Source: Pseudomonadota bacterium (GTDB taxonomy: Bacteria; Pseudomonadota; Alphaproteobacteria; Caulobacterales; Caulobacteraceae). From it: DNA of 64,000 nt. The position numbers were made by a program, and so were the translations under genes. The stretch lies in assembly GCA_040385365.1 (NCBI GenBank), contig JAZKHL010000112.1, forward strand, positions 1,543 through 65,542. The letters are read 5' to 3'. The notes under the pieces were generated by a model, which saw nothing but the letters and a program-made list of their open reading frames with translations, had not been told where the DNA came from and searched no databases. Shown here in pieces: positions 47,841 through 57,903 of this stretch (the first letter of the stretch is position 1; each line of letters starts with the position of its first letter).

Positions 47841-48155
47841 ATGTTAAAAATGTCGGCGTCAAGCGCTGTCGTAGCCGTCAGTATCGCAGTGTGCCTGCCG
47901 GGCGTGGCGGCCGCCGGGCAGATCGACGACAGAACTCGGGCCCCGGTGTCCCGCCCGGTGCTGATCTGCGCGTCGGATAATGTGACCCGCCGCGCCTTCA
48001 CCCGCGAGTATGGCGTAGCTCCCGTGTTCGTGACAGCGCGTGAAGCCTTGTCGCTCCGTCCGACGGACGTTGTCTGGACGAGCCCGCGCTGCATGACCAC
48101 CCGCGAACACAGCGCCTATGTCTATGCCATCACCACCTCGGCCGTCGTCCGCTGA
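47841..48155 (+). CDS. Small secreted hypothetical protein
   Basis: GGAGG RBS before ATG 47841; hydrophobic signal ending VAAA; two Cys in mature part. Confidence 0.6.
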   Translation: MLKMSASSAVVAVSIAVCLPGVAAAGQIDDRTRAPVSRPVLICASDNVTRRAFTREYGVAPVFVTAREALSLRPTDVVWTSPRCMTTREHSAYVYAITTSAVVR

Positions 48156-48244
48156 ACGTCAGTCCAACTGTGAACGAAGCGCGCCACGAGGTGGACGATG
48201 GCGGTAACCTGCGCCGGTTAGAATAAGCCGTGTAGCGATCGTAT

Positions 48245-48315
48245 TTCACCAAATCGCTGCGACAACTTCACAGAACGGCTCTGCAACCGTCACGGTTCGG
48301 CGCGGACGCCGTCAT
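48245..48315 (+). promoter_or_regulatory. Pho-box-like array
   Basis: TTCAC (48245), TTCAC (48267), GTCAC (48289), GTCAT (48311) at exact 22-bp spacing upstream of the ElpS-like gene. Confidence 0.55.
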
Positions 48316-48426
48316 CTTGGTCCCCTAGTCACGGCGTCGGGCAGGTTGGGACGGTTCGTCGTCGAACGCGAGGCATGACGCCGCGCATCCATCCTGTCGC
48401 GACATTGATCAGACACGGTGGACACC

Positions 48427-49959
48427 ATGACCGGCTTTCGACTGACAACACTCCTCACGGTCGCGACCAGCGCCCTCGTGCTCGCCGCGTGCGGCTCTGC
48501 GGAAGTGGCCTCGCCCGGCGAAGGCGACTTCGGCGGCGGCACGCCGACCACCCCGACCGTCCCGACCCTGCCGGCTGGCACGCCGGCGGCGGATTGCCCC
48601 ACCGGCCTGGCCAACGTCGGCCTGGTCGCCAACAACACCCTGCGGGCCTGCCAGCTGCCCGCTACGATCACCGGCGCCCTGACCTTGTCGGTCCGTGCTG
48701 GCACGATCTACACCTTCAGCGGCCGCACCGAAGTCGGCACCGATCGCGGCGTCGAGCCGGGCTCGCCGATTCCCGGCAGCGTCCAGGGCATCCTGACCAT
48801 CGATCCGGGCGTGAAGATCTTCGCCTCGGGCGGTTCGGACTATCTGATCGTCAACCGCGGCTCGCAGATCTTCGCCGAGGGCACGGCGACCAACCCGATC
48901 ATCTTCACCAGCCGCCAGAGCGTCGAGGGTCAGAACAACGACGCCTCTCAAGGGCAGTGGGGTGGCGTGATCCTGGTCGGCCGCGCGCCGCAGGCAAACT
49001 GCGTCCTGTCCGCGACCCCGGGCGCCACGACCTGCACGGGTCAGGTCGAGGGCACGAGCGCCTTCTACGGCGGCAACACCCCAGCCGATAACTCGGGCCG
49101 CTTCCGTTACGTCCAGATCAACTTCTCGGGCTTCGCCATCTCGACCGGCAATGAACTGCAGGGCCTGACGCTGGGCGCCGTTGGTTCGGGCACCACGATC
49201 GACCATATTCAGGTCCACAACTCTGCCGACGACGGCATCGAAATCTTCGGCGGCAACGTCAACCTCAGCCACATCGTGCTGACGGGCGCCGACGATGACG
49301 GGCTGGACACCGACACCGGCTGGCGTGGTGGAGCCCAGTTTGGCATCGTCACCGAGCGCACCCTGCACGTGAAGACCTCGGACGGTCGCGGCGCCGGCTT
49401 CGAGTTCTCGTCGGCGCCGGCGGCGACCCCGCTGGCCTCGCGCTACGTTTCGCAAGCCAAGATCGCCAACTGGACCCTGGTCACCCGTTCGACCACGCTG
49501 GACATCCACACCACCGCCCACTTCGACACGGGCGCCGACGCGACGATCATCAACTCGGTCTTCTCGAACGCTGCGCCGTCCGCCTCGGGCTGCCTCGACA
49601 TCGCCGATGCGGACACCGCGACGGTGCAACCGACCTTCAACGCCGTCTTCATGTCCTGCTCGGTTCCCTACCGCCCCAACAATGCGGCTCGCTCGACGGC
49701 CACGTTCGCCCAGGCCCCGTCGGGCGGCAACACCGCCGCCGGCACGTCGACCCTGACGGCCCCGACGGGAGCGGCCCTGACCGGTCAGGCCCTGACCTTC
49801 ATCAACGGCGCCAACGAGAATGCGGTGACCCCGGTGTCCGCGTCGAGCGTCTACAGCTTCTTCGTGGACACGCCCTACATCGGGGCCGTCCGTAACGCCG
49901 CCGACACCTGGTACCTCGGCTGGACCTGCGGCCTGTCTTCCACTTCGAACTGCCGGTGA
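48427..49959 (+). CDS. elpS: ElpS-like extracellular lipoprotein (beta-helix)
   Basis: Lipobox LAAC; 'VASPGEG', 'GTPAADCPTG', 'YLIVNRGSQIFAEGTATNPIIFTS', 'NELQGLTL..VGSGT', 'DDGIEIFGG'; followed by a TBDR as for Caulobacter elpS (recalled). Confidence 0.65.
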   Translation: MTGFRLTTLLTVATSALVLAACGSAEVASPGEGDFGGGTPTTPTVPTLPAGTPAADCPTGLANVGLVANNTLRACQLPATITGALTLSVRAGTIYTFSGRTEVGTDRGVEPGSPIPGSVQGILTIDPGVKIFASGGSDYLIVNRGSQIFAEGTATNPIIFTSRQSVEGQNNDASQGQWGGVILVGRAPQANCVLSATPGATTCTGQVEGTSAFYGGNTPADNSGRFRYVQINFSGFAISTGNELQGLTLGAVGSGTTIDHIQVHNSADDGIEIFGGNVNLSHIVLTGADDDGLDTDTGWRGGAQFGIVTERTLHVKTSDGRGAGFEFSSAPAATPLASRYVSQAKIANWTLVTRSTTLDIHTTAHFDTGADATIINSVFSNAAPSASGCLDIADADTATVQPTFNAVFMSCSVPYRPNNAARSTATFAQAPSGGNTAAGTSTLTAPTGAALTGQALTFINGANENAVTPVSASSVYSFFVDTPYIGAVRNAADTWYLGWTCGLSSTSNCR

Positions 49960-49967
49960 CGGACGCG

Positions 49968-49996
49968 CGGCGGCGGCTTCGGATGGAGCCGCCGCC
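49968..49996 (+). other. Intergenic hairpin between lipoprotein and TBDR genes
   Basis: ggcggcggctt-cggatg-gagccgccgcc-type inverted repeat without U tract. Confidence 0.5.
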
Positions 49997-50036
49997 AGCT
50001 TTCGCGATCTCGTTAACCCCCTTCAAGGCGCTGAAC

Positions 50037-52697
50037 ATGAAGACGCTTAAACTGACGCTGAGCGGGGTTCTTCTCGCGACTAGCGCGCTGATCGCACCCG
50101 CGCTGGCCCATGCCCAGGATGCGACTGCCCCGGTCCCGACTACCGATCCTGTCCAACAGACCCCGGCCGAACAGGCCCAGGACGACACCGTCGACGAGAT
50201 CGTCGTCCTCGGCCGTTACATTCCCGAACCGAACCGCGAGAGTTCCGAAGTCGCGTCTTTCCTGACGTCGGAAGACCTGGAGCGCACGGGCGATTCCAGC
50301 GCCGCCGCCGCTCTGACGCGCGTTACGGGCCTGTCGATCGTCGAAGGCCGGTTCATCTATGTGCGGGGTCTCGGAGAGAGGTATTCTTCCGCCCTGCTGA
50401 ACGGCTCGCCCCTGCCCAGCCCCGAACCACTCCAGCGGGTCGTTCCGCTGGACCTGTTCCCGGCCAACATCCTCGCCTCCGTGACGGTCCAGAAGACCTA
50501 CTCGGCCAACTTCCCCGGCGAGTTCGGCGGCGGCGTCATCGATCTGCGCACCATCGATGCGCCGACAGAGCCCTTCTTCAGCATGGAAGCTTCCGCCGGC
50601 GGCAACAGCGAGACGACGGGCCGCGAGGGTCTGATCTATTTCGGCTCGCGTACCGACTTCACCAGCTATGACGACGGCACCCGGGATGTGCCGTTTGCCC
50701 TGCGCGGTGCCTTCGCGCGCGGTCAGCAGATCACCAGCGCGAACTTCAACGCCGAAGAGCTTCAGGACATCGGCCAGGGTCTGATCAACGCCCCGCTGCG
50801 TCTGCTTCAATCCGAGGATACGCCAGTCAATTTCAGCCTGGGTCTGGCTGGTGGCGGCGCGATGGAAACGGGTCTGGGCACGCTCGGGGCCTATGCATCC
50901 GGTGGATACGACAACAGCTGGCAAATCCGCCGGGGCAAGCAGCAGCAGGCCCAGTTCTCGGGTTCGGTCCTGGTTCCGGTGACCGACTATGACGTCTTCT
51001 CCAACCAGAACGACGTCCAGTTGAACCTGCTCGGGGGCGCATCGCTGACCGGCGAGAACCATACGATCAAGTGGACCAACTTCTTCGTCCGCAACTCGAC
51101 CAAGGAAACGCGCAGTCGCAGCGGCCCGGCCTTCGATGCCGGCGGCAACGTGCTCCGCACCGACTACACCGAGTGGTTCGTGCGCCAGCTGTTCTCCACG
51201 CAGTTGGCCGGCGAGCACGACTTCATGGACGGCGCCCTGTCGGTCGACTGGCGCGCGGCCTATGCCAAGACGTCGCGCGATGCTCCGTACGAGACCCGCT
51301 TCGGCTACAGCGTGGATGCCAACGGCGCCTTCCTGCACAGCGGCAACGGCAACCAGATTTCGTTCTCGAACCTGGATGACGACATCGTCTCGGGCGGCGT
51401 CGACGTCAGCTATGAACTGGCCCTCTCGGACCTGCGCTCCGCGACGTTCAGCTTCGGGATCGACGGGTTCGACAACAACCGCGATTCCCAGCGCCGTGAT
51501 CTTCGCTTCGAGGCTGTCAACGGCCTGACGCTGGAGCAGCAACGCTCGCGCGTCGACTATCTGTATTCCGACTTCAACATCAACAACACGACGCTGCGGA
51601 TCCAGGAAGTCACCGGCAACAACGGGGCCGCAGCCTACGACGGTCAGCTGCAGGTCATGGCCGCCTACGCCATGGTGGACGCAGAGATCATCCCTCTGGT
51701 CCGCACTACCCTGGGCGTCCGCTTCGAGGATGGTCAGCAGAGCGTCACCCCGCGCGACCTGTTCGGCGGCGCGTCGCCCTTCGCCGCCACCAAGATCGAC
51801 GAGCAGTATTTTCTGCCTTCGCTGACCGCGACCTGGAACTTCTACGAGGACATGCAGCTGCGGGTCGGCGCCTCGCAGACGATCGGGCGGCCCCAGTTCC
51901 GCGAACTCGCGCCTCAGTCCTATACGGACCCTGAAAGCGACCGGACCTTCATCGGCAACCCGTTCCTGGTCGATACGGAAATCCTGAACCTGGATGCCCG
52001 TTACGAGTGGTTCTTCGCTCGCCAGCAGTTCATCACCGCCGGCGTCTTCTACAAGATTCTGGACAAGCCGGTTGAAGCGATCATCGTCGACGTTGGCAAC
52101 CAGCGTCAGCAGTCGTTCCTGAACGCGCCACAAGCGGTGGTCATGGGCGTCGAGGTCGAGGCCAAGAAATACTTCGAGTTTCCTGACAACGGCATGCCCT
52201 TCATCGCCAACAAGCGGTGGCTGGTCCAAGCCAACTACACCTACTCGGACTCCGAGGTGAAAGTCGAAGCGGGCGACACCGTGCGCGATCTGGGCGGTGG
52301 CGGCGTGGAGTCTCCGGCCAACTTCTTCATCCAGGACGGCAGCCGTCTGCAAGGCCAGTCCGAGCACGTCGCCAACCTGCAACTGGGTTGGGAAGATGAC
52401 GCGGACCGGTCGCAGGCGACGATCATCGTCAACTATGTGTCCGAGCGGATCACCGCGCGCGGCGCCGGTGTCTCGTCCAGCCGCGAGCCGGATTACATTC
52501 AGGAGCCTGGCGTATTTCTGGACTTCGTCTATCGCAAGGACTTCACAGCGATGGGCCATGACCTTGGTTTTGGCCTAGAACTCCGGAACCTGCTTAGAAC
52601 TGACTTCGACGAGCACCAGGAGCTCGGCAATAAGATCTTGATCAACAACTACGACCTGGGCTCTAGCGCAACCGTAAGCCTGACGGCCCGCTTTTAG
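50037..52697 (+). CDS. TonB-dependent receptor
   Basis: 'DEIVVLGR', '[23 protein letters not shown]', 'RVVPLDLFP', 'GNPFL', C-terminal 'SLTARF'; start MKTLKL at 50037. Confidence 0.92.
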   Translation: MKTLKLTLSGVLLATSALIAPALAHAQDATAPVPTTDPVQQTPAEQAQDDTVDEIVVLGRYIPEPNRESSEVASFLTSEDLERTGDSSAAAALTRVTGLSIVEGRFIYVRGLGERYSSALLNGSPLPSPEPLQRVVPLDLFPANILASVTVQKTYSANFPGEFGGGVIDLRTIDAPTEPFFSMEASAGGNSETTGREGLIYFGSRTDFTSYDDGTRDVPFALRGAFARGQQITSANFNAEELQDIGQGLINAPLRLLQSEDTPVNFSLGLAGGGAMETGLGTLGAYASGGYDNSWQIRRGKQQQAQFSGSVLVPVTDYDVFSNQNDVQLNLLGGASLTGENHTIKWTNFFVRNSTKETRSRSGPAFDAGGNVLRTDYTEWFVRQLFSTQLAGEHDFMDGALSVDWRAAYAKTSRDAPYETRFGYSVDANGAFLHSGNGNQISFSNLDDDIVSGGVDVSYELALSDLRSATFSFGIDGFDNNRDSQRRDLRFEAVNGLTLEQQRSRVDYLYSDFNINNTTLRIQEVTGNNGAAAYDGQLQVMAAYAMVDAEIIPLVRTTLGVRFEDGQQSVTPRDLFGGASPFAATKIDEQYFLPSLTATWNFYEDMQLRVGASQTIGRPQFRELAPQSYTDPESDRTFIGNPFLVDTEILNLDARYEWFFARQQFITAGVFYKILDKPVEAIIVDVGNQRQQSFLNAPQAVVMGVEVEAKKYFEFPDNGMPFIANKRWLVQANYTYSDSEVKVEAGDTVRDLGGGGVESPANFFIQDGSRLQGQSEHVANLQLGWEDDADRSQATIIVNYVSERITARGAGVSSSREPDYIQEPGVFLDFVYRKDFTAMGHDLGFGLELRNLLRTDFDEHQELGNKILINNYDLGSSATVSLTARF

Positions 52698-52820
52698 GCC
52701 TTGTTCAGAGGCGGGTAAGCCTTGTTCAGCGATTGCCGCCTGAGAACCGGTCGATGATCAGTTCGCGTATTTTGTCTTTCGTTAGCTCGGTGGCTCTCAC
52801 CATTTCGAATACCTCCATCA

Positions 52821-53636
52821 GGTGCTGTCAGTCTAACGCTAACTTGTCTCCACTGAAGGCTGCTGCAACCGGCTGATTGGAGACAAGTTTTTATGAAGCC
52901 GCTGTCGTTCAAGCATTATCGCTTTCCGCCGGACGCGATCAGGTACGCGATATGGCTCTACTTCCGCTTCAACCTCAGCTTTCGCGATGTCGAGGAGATG
53001 CTGGCAGCTCGTGGTATCGACGTCAGCTACGAGACGATCCGCTGTTGGACCATCAAGTTCGGTCCTCAGATCGCCCGCAACCTGAAGCGCAAACGGACTG
53101 CACCGTCGCCGCGCTGGCACCTTGATGAGGTGGTTTGCAGCATTGGCGGCAAGAGGATGTACCTCTGGCGCGCGGTCGATGACGAGGGCGAGGTGTTGGA
53201 CGTCGTGGTGCAAAAGCGGCGTGATCACGACGCGGCTCTTACGCTGCTGAAGCGCCTGTTGCGCAACCAACCAGTGGAGCCTCAGGCAATCGTCACCGAC
53301 GGCCTCAGGTCATATAAATCCGCGCTGCGCGAGCTGAAGCTCGAACATCTTCACCGCCCTGGTCGGCTCAGGGAAAACAACAGGGCGGAGAACTCGCACC
53401 TGCCAATCCGGCGACGTGAGCGGCAGATGCAGCTCTTCAAGAGCCAGGCTTCAGCCCAGCGTTTCCTCACCACACATGCTGCGATCTACAACACCTTCTA
53501 CACCCAGCGACATCTGATCAGCCGACCCACCCTCCGCCGCTTCCGCGGCGCGGCCGATGTGGCTTGGGCGGCGGCCGCCGCCTAGATCAGAGCGGGTAGG
53601 GCGTTCTCAACCTGGCTCGGTTAACCTGACAGCGCT
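52821..53636 (+). mobile_element. IS6-family insertion sequence
   Basis: Imperfect terminal IRs GGTGCTGTCAGTCTAAC / AGCGCTGTCAGGTTAAC (13/17) around an IS6 transposase; no target duplication evident. Confidence 0.75.
52893..53585 (+). CDS. IS6-family DDE transposase
   Basis: 'FKHYRFP..IRYAIWLY.RFNLSFRDVEEMLAARG', 'WHLDE', 'LWRAVD', 'IVTDG', 'NNRAENSH'. Confidence 0.92.
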   Translation: MKPLSFKHYRFPPDAIRYAIWLYFRFNLSFRDVEEMLAARGIDVSYETIRCWTIKFGPQIARNLKRKRTAPSPRWHLDEVVCSIGGKRMYLWRAVDDEGEVLDVVVQKRRDHDAALTLLKRLLRNQPVEPQAIVTDGLRSYKSALRELKLEHLHRPGRLRENNRAENSHLPIRRRERQMQLFKSQASAQRFLTTHAAIYNTFYTQRHLISRPTLRRFRGAADVAWAAAAA

Positions 53637-53699
53637 CTCGCCCACACACCTTTGGCATCCTAAGGTCCTGCGATCACCACAGCAGAAATCTCCAAGCCG

Positions 53700-54581
53700 A
53701 TGACCACTCTTTCGACCCATCTTGACGACGGCTTGCTGTGGGTTCGCTTGAACCGGCCGGCAGAGCTGAACGCCTACAGCGAGACCATGGGTGATGAACT
53801 TATCCGCAGATTCGAGGCGGCAAGCCTGGACGACGCCGTGAGGGCTATCATCGTAACCGGCGCCGGCAAGGCGTTTTGCGCGGGTGCCGATCTGACCCGG
53901 GAGGGTAACGTCTTCGGGCTGGACGAAACGGCGCAGCCTACTTTTCAGGATCTCGATGAGCAGCTGGAGGATGCCGCCCTGATTGCCGGGGTTCGCGACA
54001 AGGGCGGCATGCTGGCCCTCGCCATTCATCGATGCCGCAAGCCCGTTATTGCGGCCATCAACGGGTCGGCGGTCGGAGTGGGTGCCACCATGACCTTGGC
54101 CATGGATTTTCGCTTGGCCTCGACGGAGGCGCGGCTCGGTTTTGTCTTCGCGCGGCTGGGTCTTGTGCCGGAGGCCTGCTCCACCTGGTTCCTGCCTCGA
54201 CTGGTCGGCCTGCAGAAGGCGCTGGAATGGTCCCTGACCGGCGACATGATCACGCCGGACGAGGCGCTGAACGCCGGGCTGTTGCGGTCAGTCCACCAGC
54301 CCGATGAACTGCTGCCGGCTGCTGAGGCGCTGGCGCGCAAGATCATCTCTGGCCGTTCTCCCGCGGCGATCGCTCTGACGAAGCGCATGATGCGCGGGGG
54401 CTTGGCAGCGCCGGATCCGGTTGAGGCGCACAAGGTCGAAACCATGGCCATGTTCCACCTCAGCCAAGCGGACGGACTGGAGGGCGTGCGAGCGTTCATG
54501 GAAAAGCGTAAGCCGAATTTCATCGGCACGGCGTCCTCACTGCCTTCGGGGCTGGATGCCGTTCTGGAACGACTGGATTGA
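53700..54581 (+). CDS. Enoyl-CoA hydratase/isomerase (crotonase family)
   Basis: 'LNRPAELNA', 'AFCAGADL', 'KPVIAAINGSAVGVG', 'EGVRAFMEKRKP'. Confidence 0.88.
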   Translation: MTTLSTHLDDGLLWVRLNRPAELNAYSETMGDELIRRFEAASLDDAVRAIIVTGAGKAFCAGADLTREGNVFGLDETAQPTFQDLDEQLEDAALIAGVRDKGGMLALAIHRCRKPVIAAINGSAVGVGATMTLAMDFRLASTEARLGFVFARLGLVPEACSTWFLPRLVGLQKALEWSLTGDMITPDEALNAGLLRSVHQPDELLPAAEALARKIISGRSPAAIALTKRMMRGGLAAPDPVEAHKVETMAMFHLSQADGLEGVRAFMEKRKPNFIGTASSLPSGLDAVLERLD

Positions 54582-55411
54582 CACGGGTGAAGCGCATTCC
54601 GCCAGTTGGCTCGGAAGATGCCGCAACTGCGGCACCCGCTGGGATGGTCGATGATCTGCCCGGTATCGGTTTGACCGAAGAGGCGCTTTCGTTCGCACGA
54701 GCCTATCTGGCAGACGGGCCGATGGACCCAGCGGTTGTCGATCGCTTCCAGAGCCCGGAACGGATTGCGGCTCGGCAATCTGCCGCGGCATTACTGAGGA
54801 CCTCCGATTGGCCAGCGCTCGGCCACTATCGCGACGCCAACCGCGCCTTGGCCGGGCAGACCGTGCGTGCCGTTTTCATCGGCGACTCCCTCACGGAGAT
54901 GTGGGGTGCCGCCCATCCGGATCTGTTCAGCGGGGGAGTGCTAAATCGCGGCGTCAGCGGCCAGACCAGCCCGCAGATCCTGCTGCGCTTCATGCCGGAC
55001 GTCGTGTCGTTGAGGCCGCGGATCGTTCACTTAATGTGCGGCGCCAATGACGTGGCTGGCAACACAGGGCCGACGACACCGCAGGACTACAAGGACAACA
55101 TCCGAGCCATGGCCGACCTGGCTGCGGCGAACGGCATCACGATGATTTTGGCGGGCATCACGTCCTTCGATTGCCTGTCGTGGGCGCCTCACATCACCGG
55201 GACCGTCGCGCGGTTGGCCGAGCTGAACCTTTGGCTGGCCGGTTTCGCCCGAGAGCGGGGCCTTGTTCACGCCGACTACTCTTCAGTGCTGGCGACACCG
55301 GAAGGCGCACTGAAGCCGATATTCACCCGCGACGGCGTGCATCCAACTCGTCGCGGCTATGACGCCATGCGGCCAATAGTCGAGGCCGCGCTGGCCAAGG
55401 CGCGGGCCTAG
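54578..55411 (+). CDS. SGNH/GDSL hydrolase (acetylesterase-like), no signal peptide
   Basis: 'FIGDSLT', 'NRGVSGQT', 'GAND', 'DGVHP'. Confidence 0.85.
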   Translation: MTRVKRIPPVGSEDAATAAPAGMVDDLPGIGLTEEALSFARAYLADGPMDPAVVDRFQSPERIAARQSAAALLRTSDWPALGHYRDANRALAGQTVRAVFIGDSLTEMWGAAHPDLFSGGVLNRGVSGQTSPQILLRFMPDVVSLRPRIVHLMCGANDVAGNTGPTTPQDYKDNIRAMADLAAANGITMILAGITSFDCLSWAPHITGTVARLAELNLWLAGFARERGLVHADYSSVLATPEGALKPIFTRDGVHPTRRGYDAMRPIVEAALAKARA

Positions 55412-57903
55412 CGCGCGTTCCAGAAGCGGACGGTCAGGTCGTCGGCGCCGAGGGCAGTGTCGGCGGTCACGTGAACGGTACGACGCTCGCCGGCGGCAAG
55501 GTCGAAGTGGTTGTCGCTGAAACGGAGATCCGTCCGCTCCGTCACCAGGTGTACAAAGGCCAGCCAGGTCGAGGCAGACAGGTCGACGCGCAGTTCGCTT
55601 GGACCCATGCGCGTGATCTCGACCTTTGGCTTGGTGCCGGGTGTCAGACCAAGTTTGCCGATAGGCGCAGACAACAGGCGGTTGGGCTCGAATTGTTCCG
55701 TCGGCGACCATGCGCGCAGAATTTGGTCCAATCCCTGAGGCATGGTTCCAGACCAGACGACAGCATGGTCGTCCGGACCAACTTCAAAGGAAAGCGACGT
55801 CTGCCACTCCCGTACACCGTCCAGTAGGTCGAGGGCGACCAGGGCATTGCCGAAGACAGGGCTCGGGGTGTCGTTGGTGATCCACAGCTCGACGACGTCG
55901 TCAGCCAGCTCGCGGAACGATGCCAAGACTGGCGCGAAGGCGCGGCGCACGGCGTGATATGCGGCCTTCTCTCGGCCGTCGTAGTCCACCAGGCTCCAGC
56001 TGACGCAGGGCCAGCAGTCGTTGAACTGCCAAAGCAGTGCGCCCGAGCAATGTGGACGGCGACGGCGGAAATGCTCGATGCCGAACTTGAGGCCCTCGGC
56101 CTGAGTCCACTGGGTGAAGTCGATGTAATCCTGGATCGTCGCGGGCGGACCGGTGATCGGGTCGATCATTGTCAGCGCCTTGTTCGCCTCGTCCTTGATC
56201 CTCTGGTGGAAGCCTTCGCTGTCGGGAGCGAGGTCGGCGGGGTCCATCCAACGCTGGAGGGTGGCGAGAGCCGGGGCGGCCTGGATGCCAAACTCACTGA
56301 TGAAGCGACCTGTGTCTTCGGCATAGCGCTGATAGACTGCCTTCTCCGGTGTGAAGCCGAAGGGCTCGATCATTCGGTCGTCTGGGATCGGCGGAACGCC
56401 GTGCCAGACGGTCCAGTCGTGGACGTCGCCAGCTTTCATGCTGTTGGGATTTGGACCGCCCCAGGGACTGCCGGGCCAGTAGGGGGTTGTCGGATCAAGC
56501 TCGGCAAGCAGGGCGGGGATGACCGCGTCGTATAGGATCCCGCCCGGCAGAGGCGATGCGACGCCGGAAACGTCCTCATTGATGCGGTGGATGGCCTGGT
56601 TCTCGTTGTTGCCGCACCACAGAGCCATCGACGGATGATGACGCAGGCGACGGACCTGGTACTCGACCTCGGCGCGCACCGAAGCAACGAAGGCTTCGTC
56701 GTCGGGATAGGGGGCGCAGGCGAACATGAAGTCCTGCCACACCAGAAGGCCGCGCTGATCGCACAGGTCGTAGAATTGGTCGGGTTCGTAGATGCCGCCG
56801 CCCCAGACGCGGATCATGTTCATGTTGGCGCCGGCTGCTTGGTCTATAAGACGGGCATACGGCTCCGAGGCGACATCGGCGACGAAAGAGGTTGTAGGCA
56901 CCCAGCAGGCGCCCTTGGCGAAAATGGGCACGCCGTTCACGACGAAACGGAAGAAGCTCGCGCCGGGCTCATCGGGGTCGGCCGACCGGTCGAGTTCGAT
57001 TGTGCGGACGCCGACAGCTCGGGTCGTTTGCTCGAGAACGCGCTCGCCATCGAGAAGCCGGACGGTCAGATCGTATAGAGGCTGGTCGCCGAGGTCGTGC
57101 GTCCACCAAAGCTGAGGTGAGTCGAGCGGGAGGGCGATCGACGCGCCATCGGCGGCATCGCGTTCCTGCTGATGCACGGTCTGCCTCTGCGGGTCCTTCA
57201 GGATGATCTGGACGCGGAGACCGAGCGTTGCGCCGGACAGCGCGATGTCGATGCGGGTGTCGGCGCGCGCCGCGGTCGCGGTCAGGGTGGTGAAAGCGAT
57301 GTCAGCGATGCGGGCACGGGGGCGGATCTCAAGTCGGACCTCCTGCCAGATGCCGACGGTCGGCAGGTCGGGACCCCAGTCCCAACCCCAACCGAACTGG
57401 GCCTTACGCATCAGGTTGCGTTTCGACCGGCTGATCCGGTCGGTAAAGGCGGCCCAAGGGGGAGGGGGCACCTTCCCTTCGAGGGCGACCGCTGTGGGTT
57501 TGAAGCGGACTTCCAGCGTGTGGGTCTTGGCCTTGCCCAGGATGTCGCTGATGGAAAAGACCCAGCGGCGGAACATGCTGTCGGCGCGCCCGATTTCAAC
57601 GCCATTAAGAAAGATGGTGGCGAACGTGTCGAGGCCGTCGAAAGCGAGCTCGACAGTTTCGTCCTCGGCGACGTCTGGGGAAAAAAACGTGGTGCGCCAA
57701 CACCATTCTCGATCACGCACCCAGGCGGCGGCGTCTTCGTTTCGCGCCTCATAGGGATGGGCGAGGCGGCCAGCCTCGACGAGGGCCTGATAGACGTCGC
57801 CGGGGGCCGAGATGGGTAACCAGAGGCCGACTTCTGAAGGGACGTTACCCGGATCAACCTCCTGGACCTCCCAGCGATCGAGACGCATCGACGACGCGCT
57901 CAT
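55408..57903 (-). CDS. GH2 beta-mannosidase, no signal peptide
   Basis: 'RKAQFGWGWDWGP', 'NMNMIRVWGGGIYE', 'WQDFMFAC', 'WCGNNE', 'RFISEFG', 'WQFNDCWP..SWS'. Confidence 0.88.
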   Translation of the reverse strand: MSASSMRLDRWEVQEVDPGNVPSEVGLWLPISAPGDVYQALVEAGRLAHPYEARNEDAAAWVRDREWCWRTTFFSPDVAEDETVELAFDGLDTFATIFLNGVEIGRADSMFRRWVFSISDILGKAKTHTLEVRFKPTAVALEGKVPPPPWAAFTDRISRSKRNLMRKAQFGWGWDWGPDLPTVGIWQEVRLEIRPRARIADIAFTTLTATAARADTRIDIALSGATLGLRVQIILKDPQRQTVHQQERDAADGASIALPLDSPQLWWTHDLGDQPLYDLTVRLLDGERVLEQTTRAVGVRTIELDRSADPDEPGASFFRFVVNGVPIFAKGACWVPTTSFVADVASEPYARLIDQAAGANMNMIRVWGGGIYEPDQFYDLCDQRGLLVWQDFMFACAPYPDDEAFVASVRAEVEYQVRRLRHHPSMALWCGNNENQAIHRINEDVSGVASPLPGGILYDAVIPALLAELDPTTPYWPGSPWGGPNPNSMKAGDVHDWTVWHGVPPIPDDRMIEPFGFTPEKAVYQRYAEDTGRFISEFGIQAAPALATLQRWMDPADLAPDSEGFHQRIKDEANKALTMIDPITGPPATIQDYIDFTQWTQAEGLKFGIEHFRRRRPHCSGALLWQFNDCWPCVSWSLVDYDGREKAAYHAVRRAFAPVLASFRELADDVVELWITNDTPSPVFGNALVALDLLDGVREWQTSLSFEVGPDDHAVVWSGTMPQGLDQILRAWSPTEQFEPNRLLSAPIGKLGLTPGTKPKVEITRMGPSELRVDLSASTWLAFVHLVTERTDLRFSDNHFDLAAGERRTVHVTADTALGADDLTVRFWNAR

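Noticed and set aside
50013-52559. 848-aa minus-strand ORF (similar long shadows at 58900-60444, 31307-32779, 16521-18197, 48409-49629)
   Set aside because: Antisense to well-supported genes; expected from high GC3 codon bias; no recognisable domains
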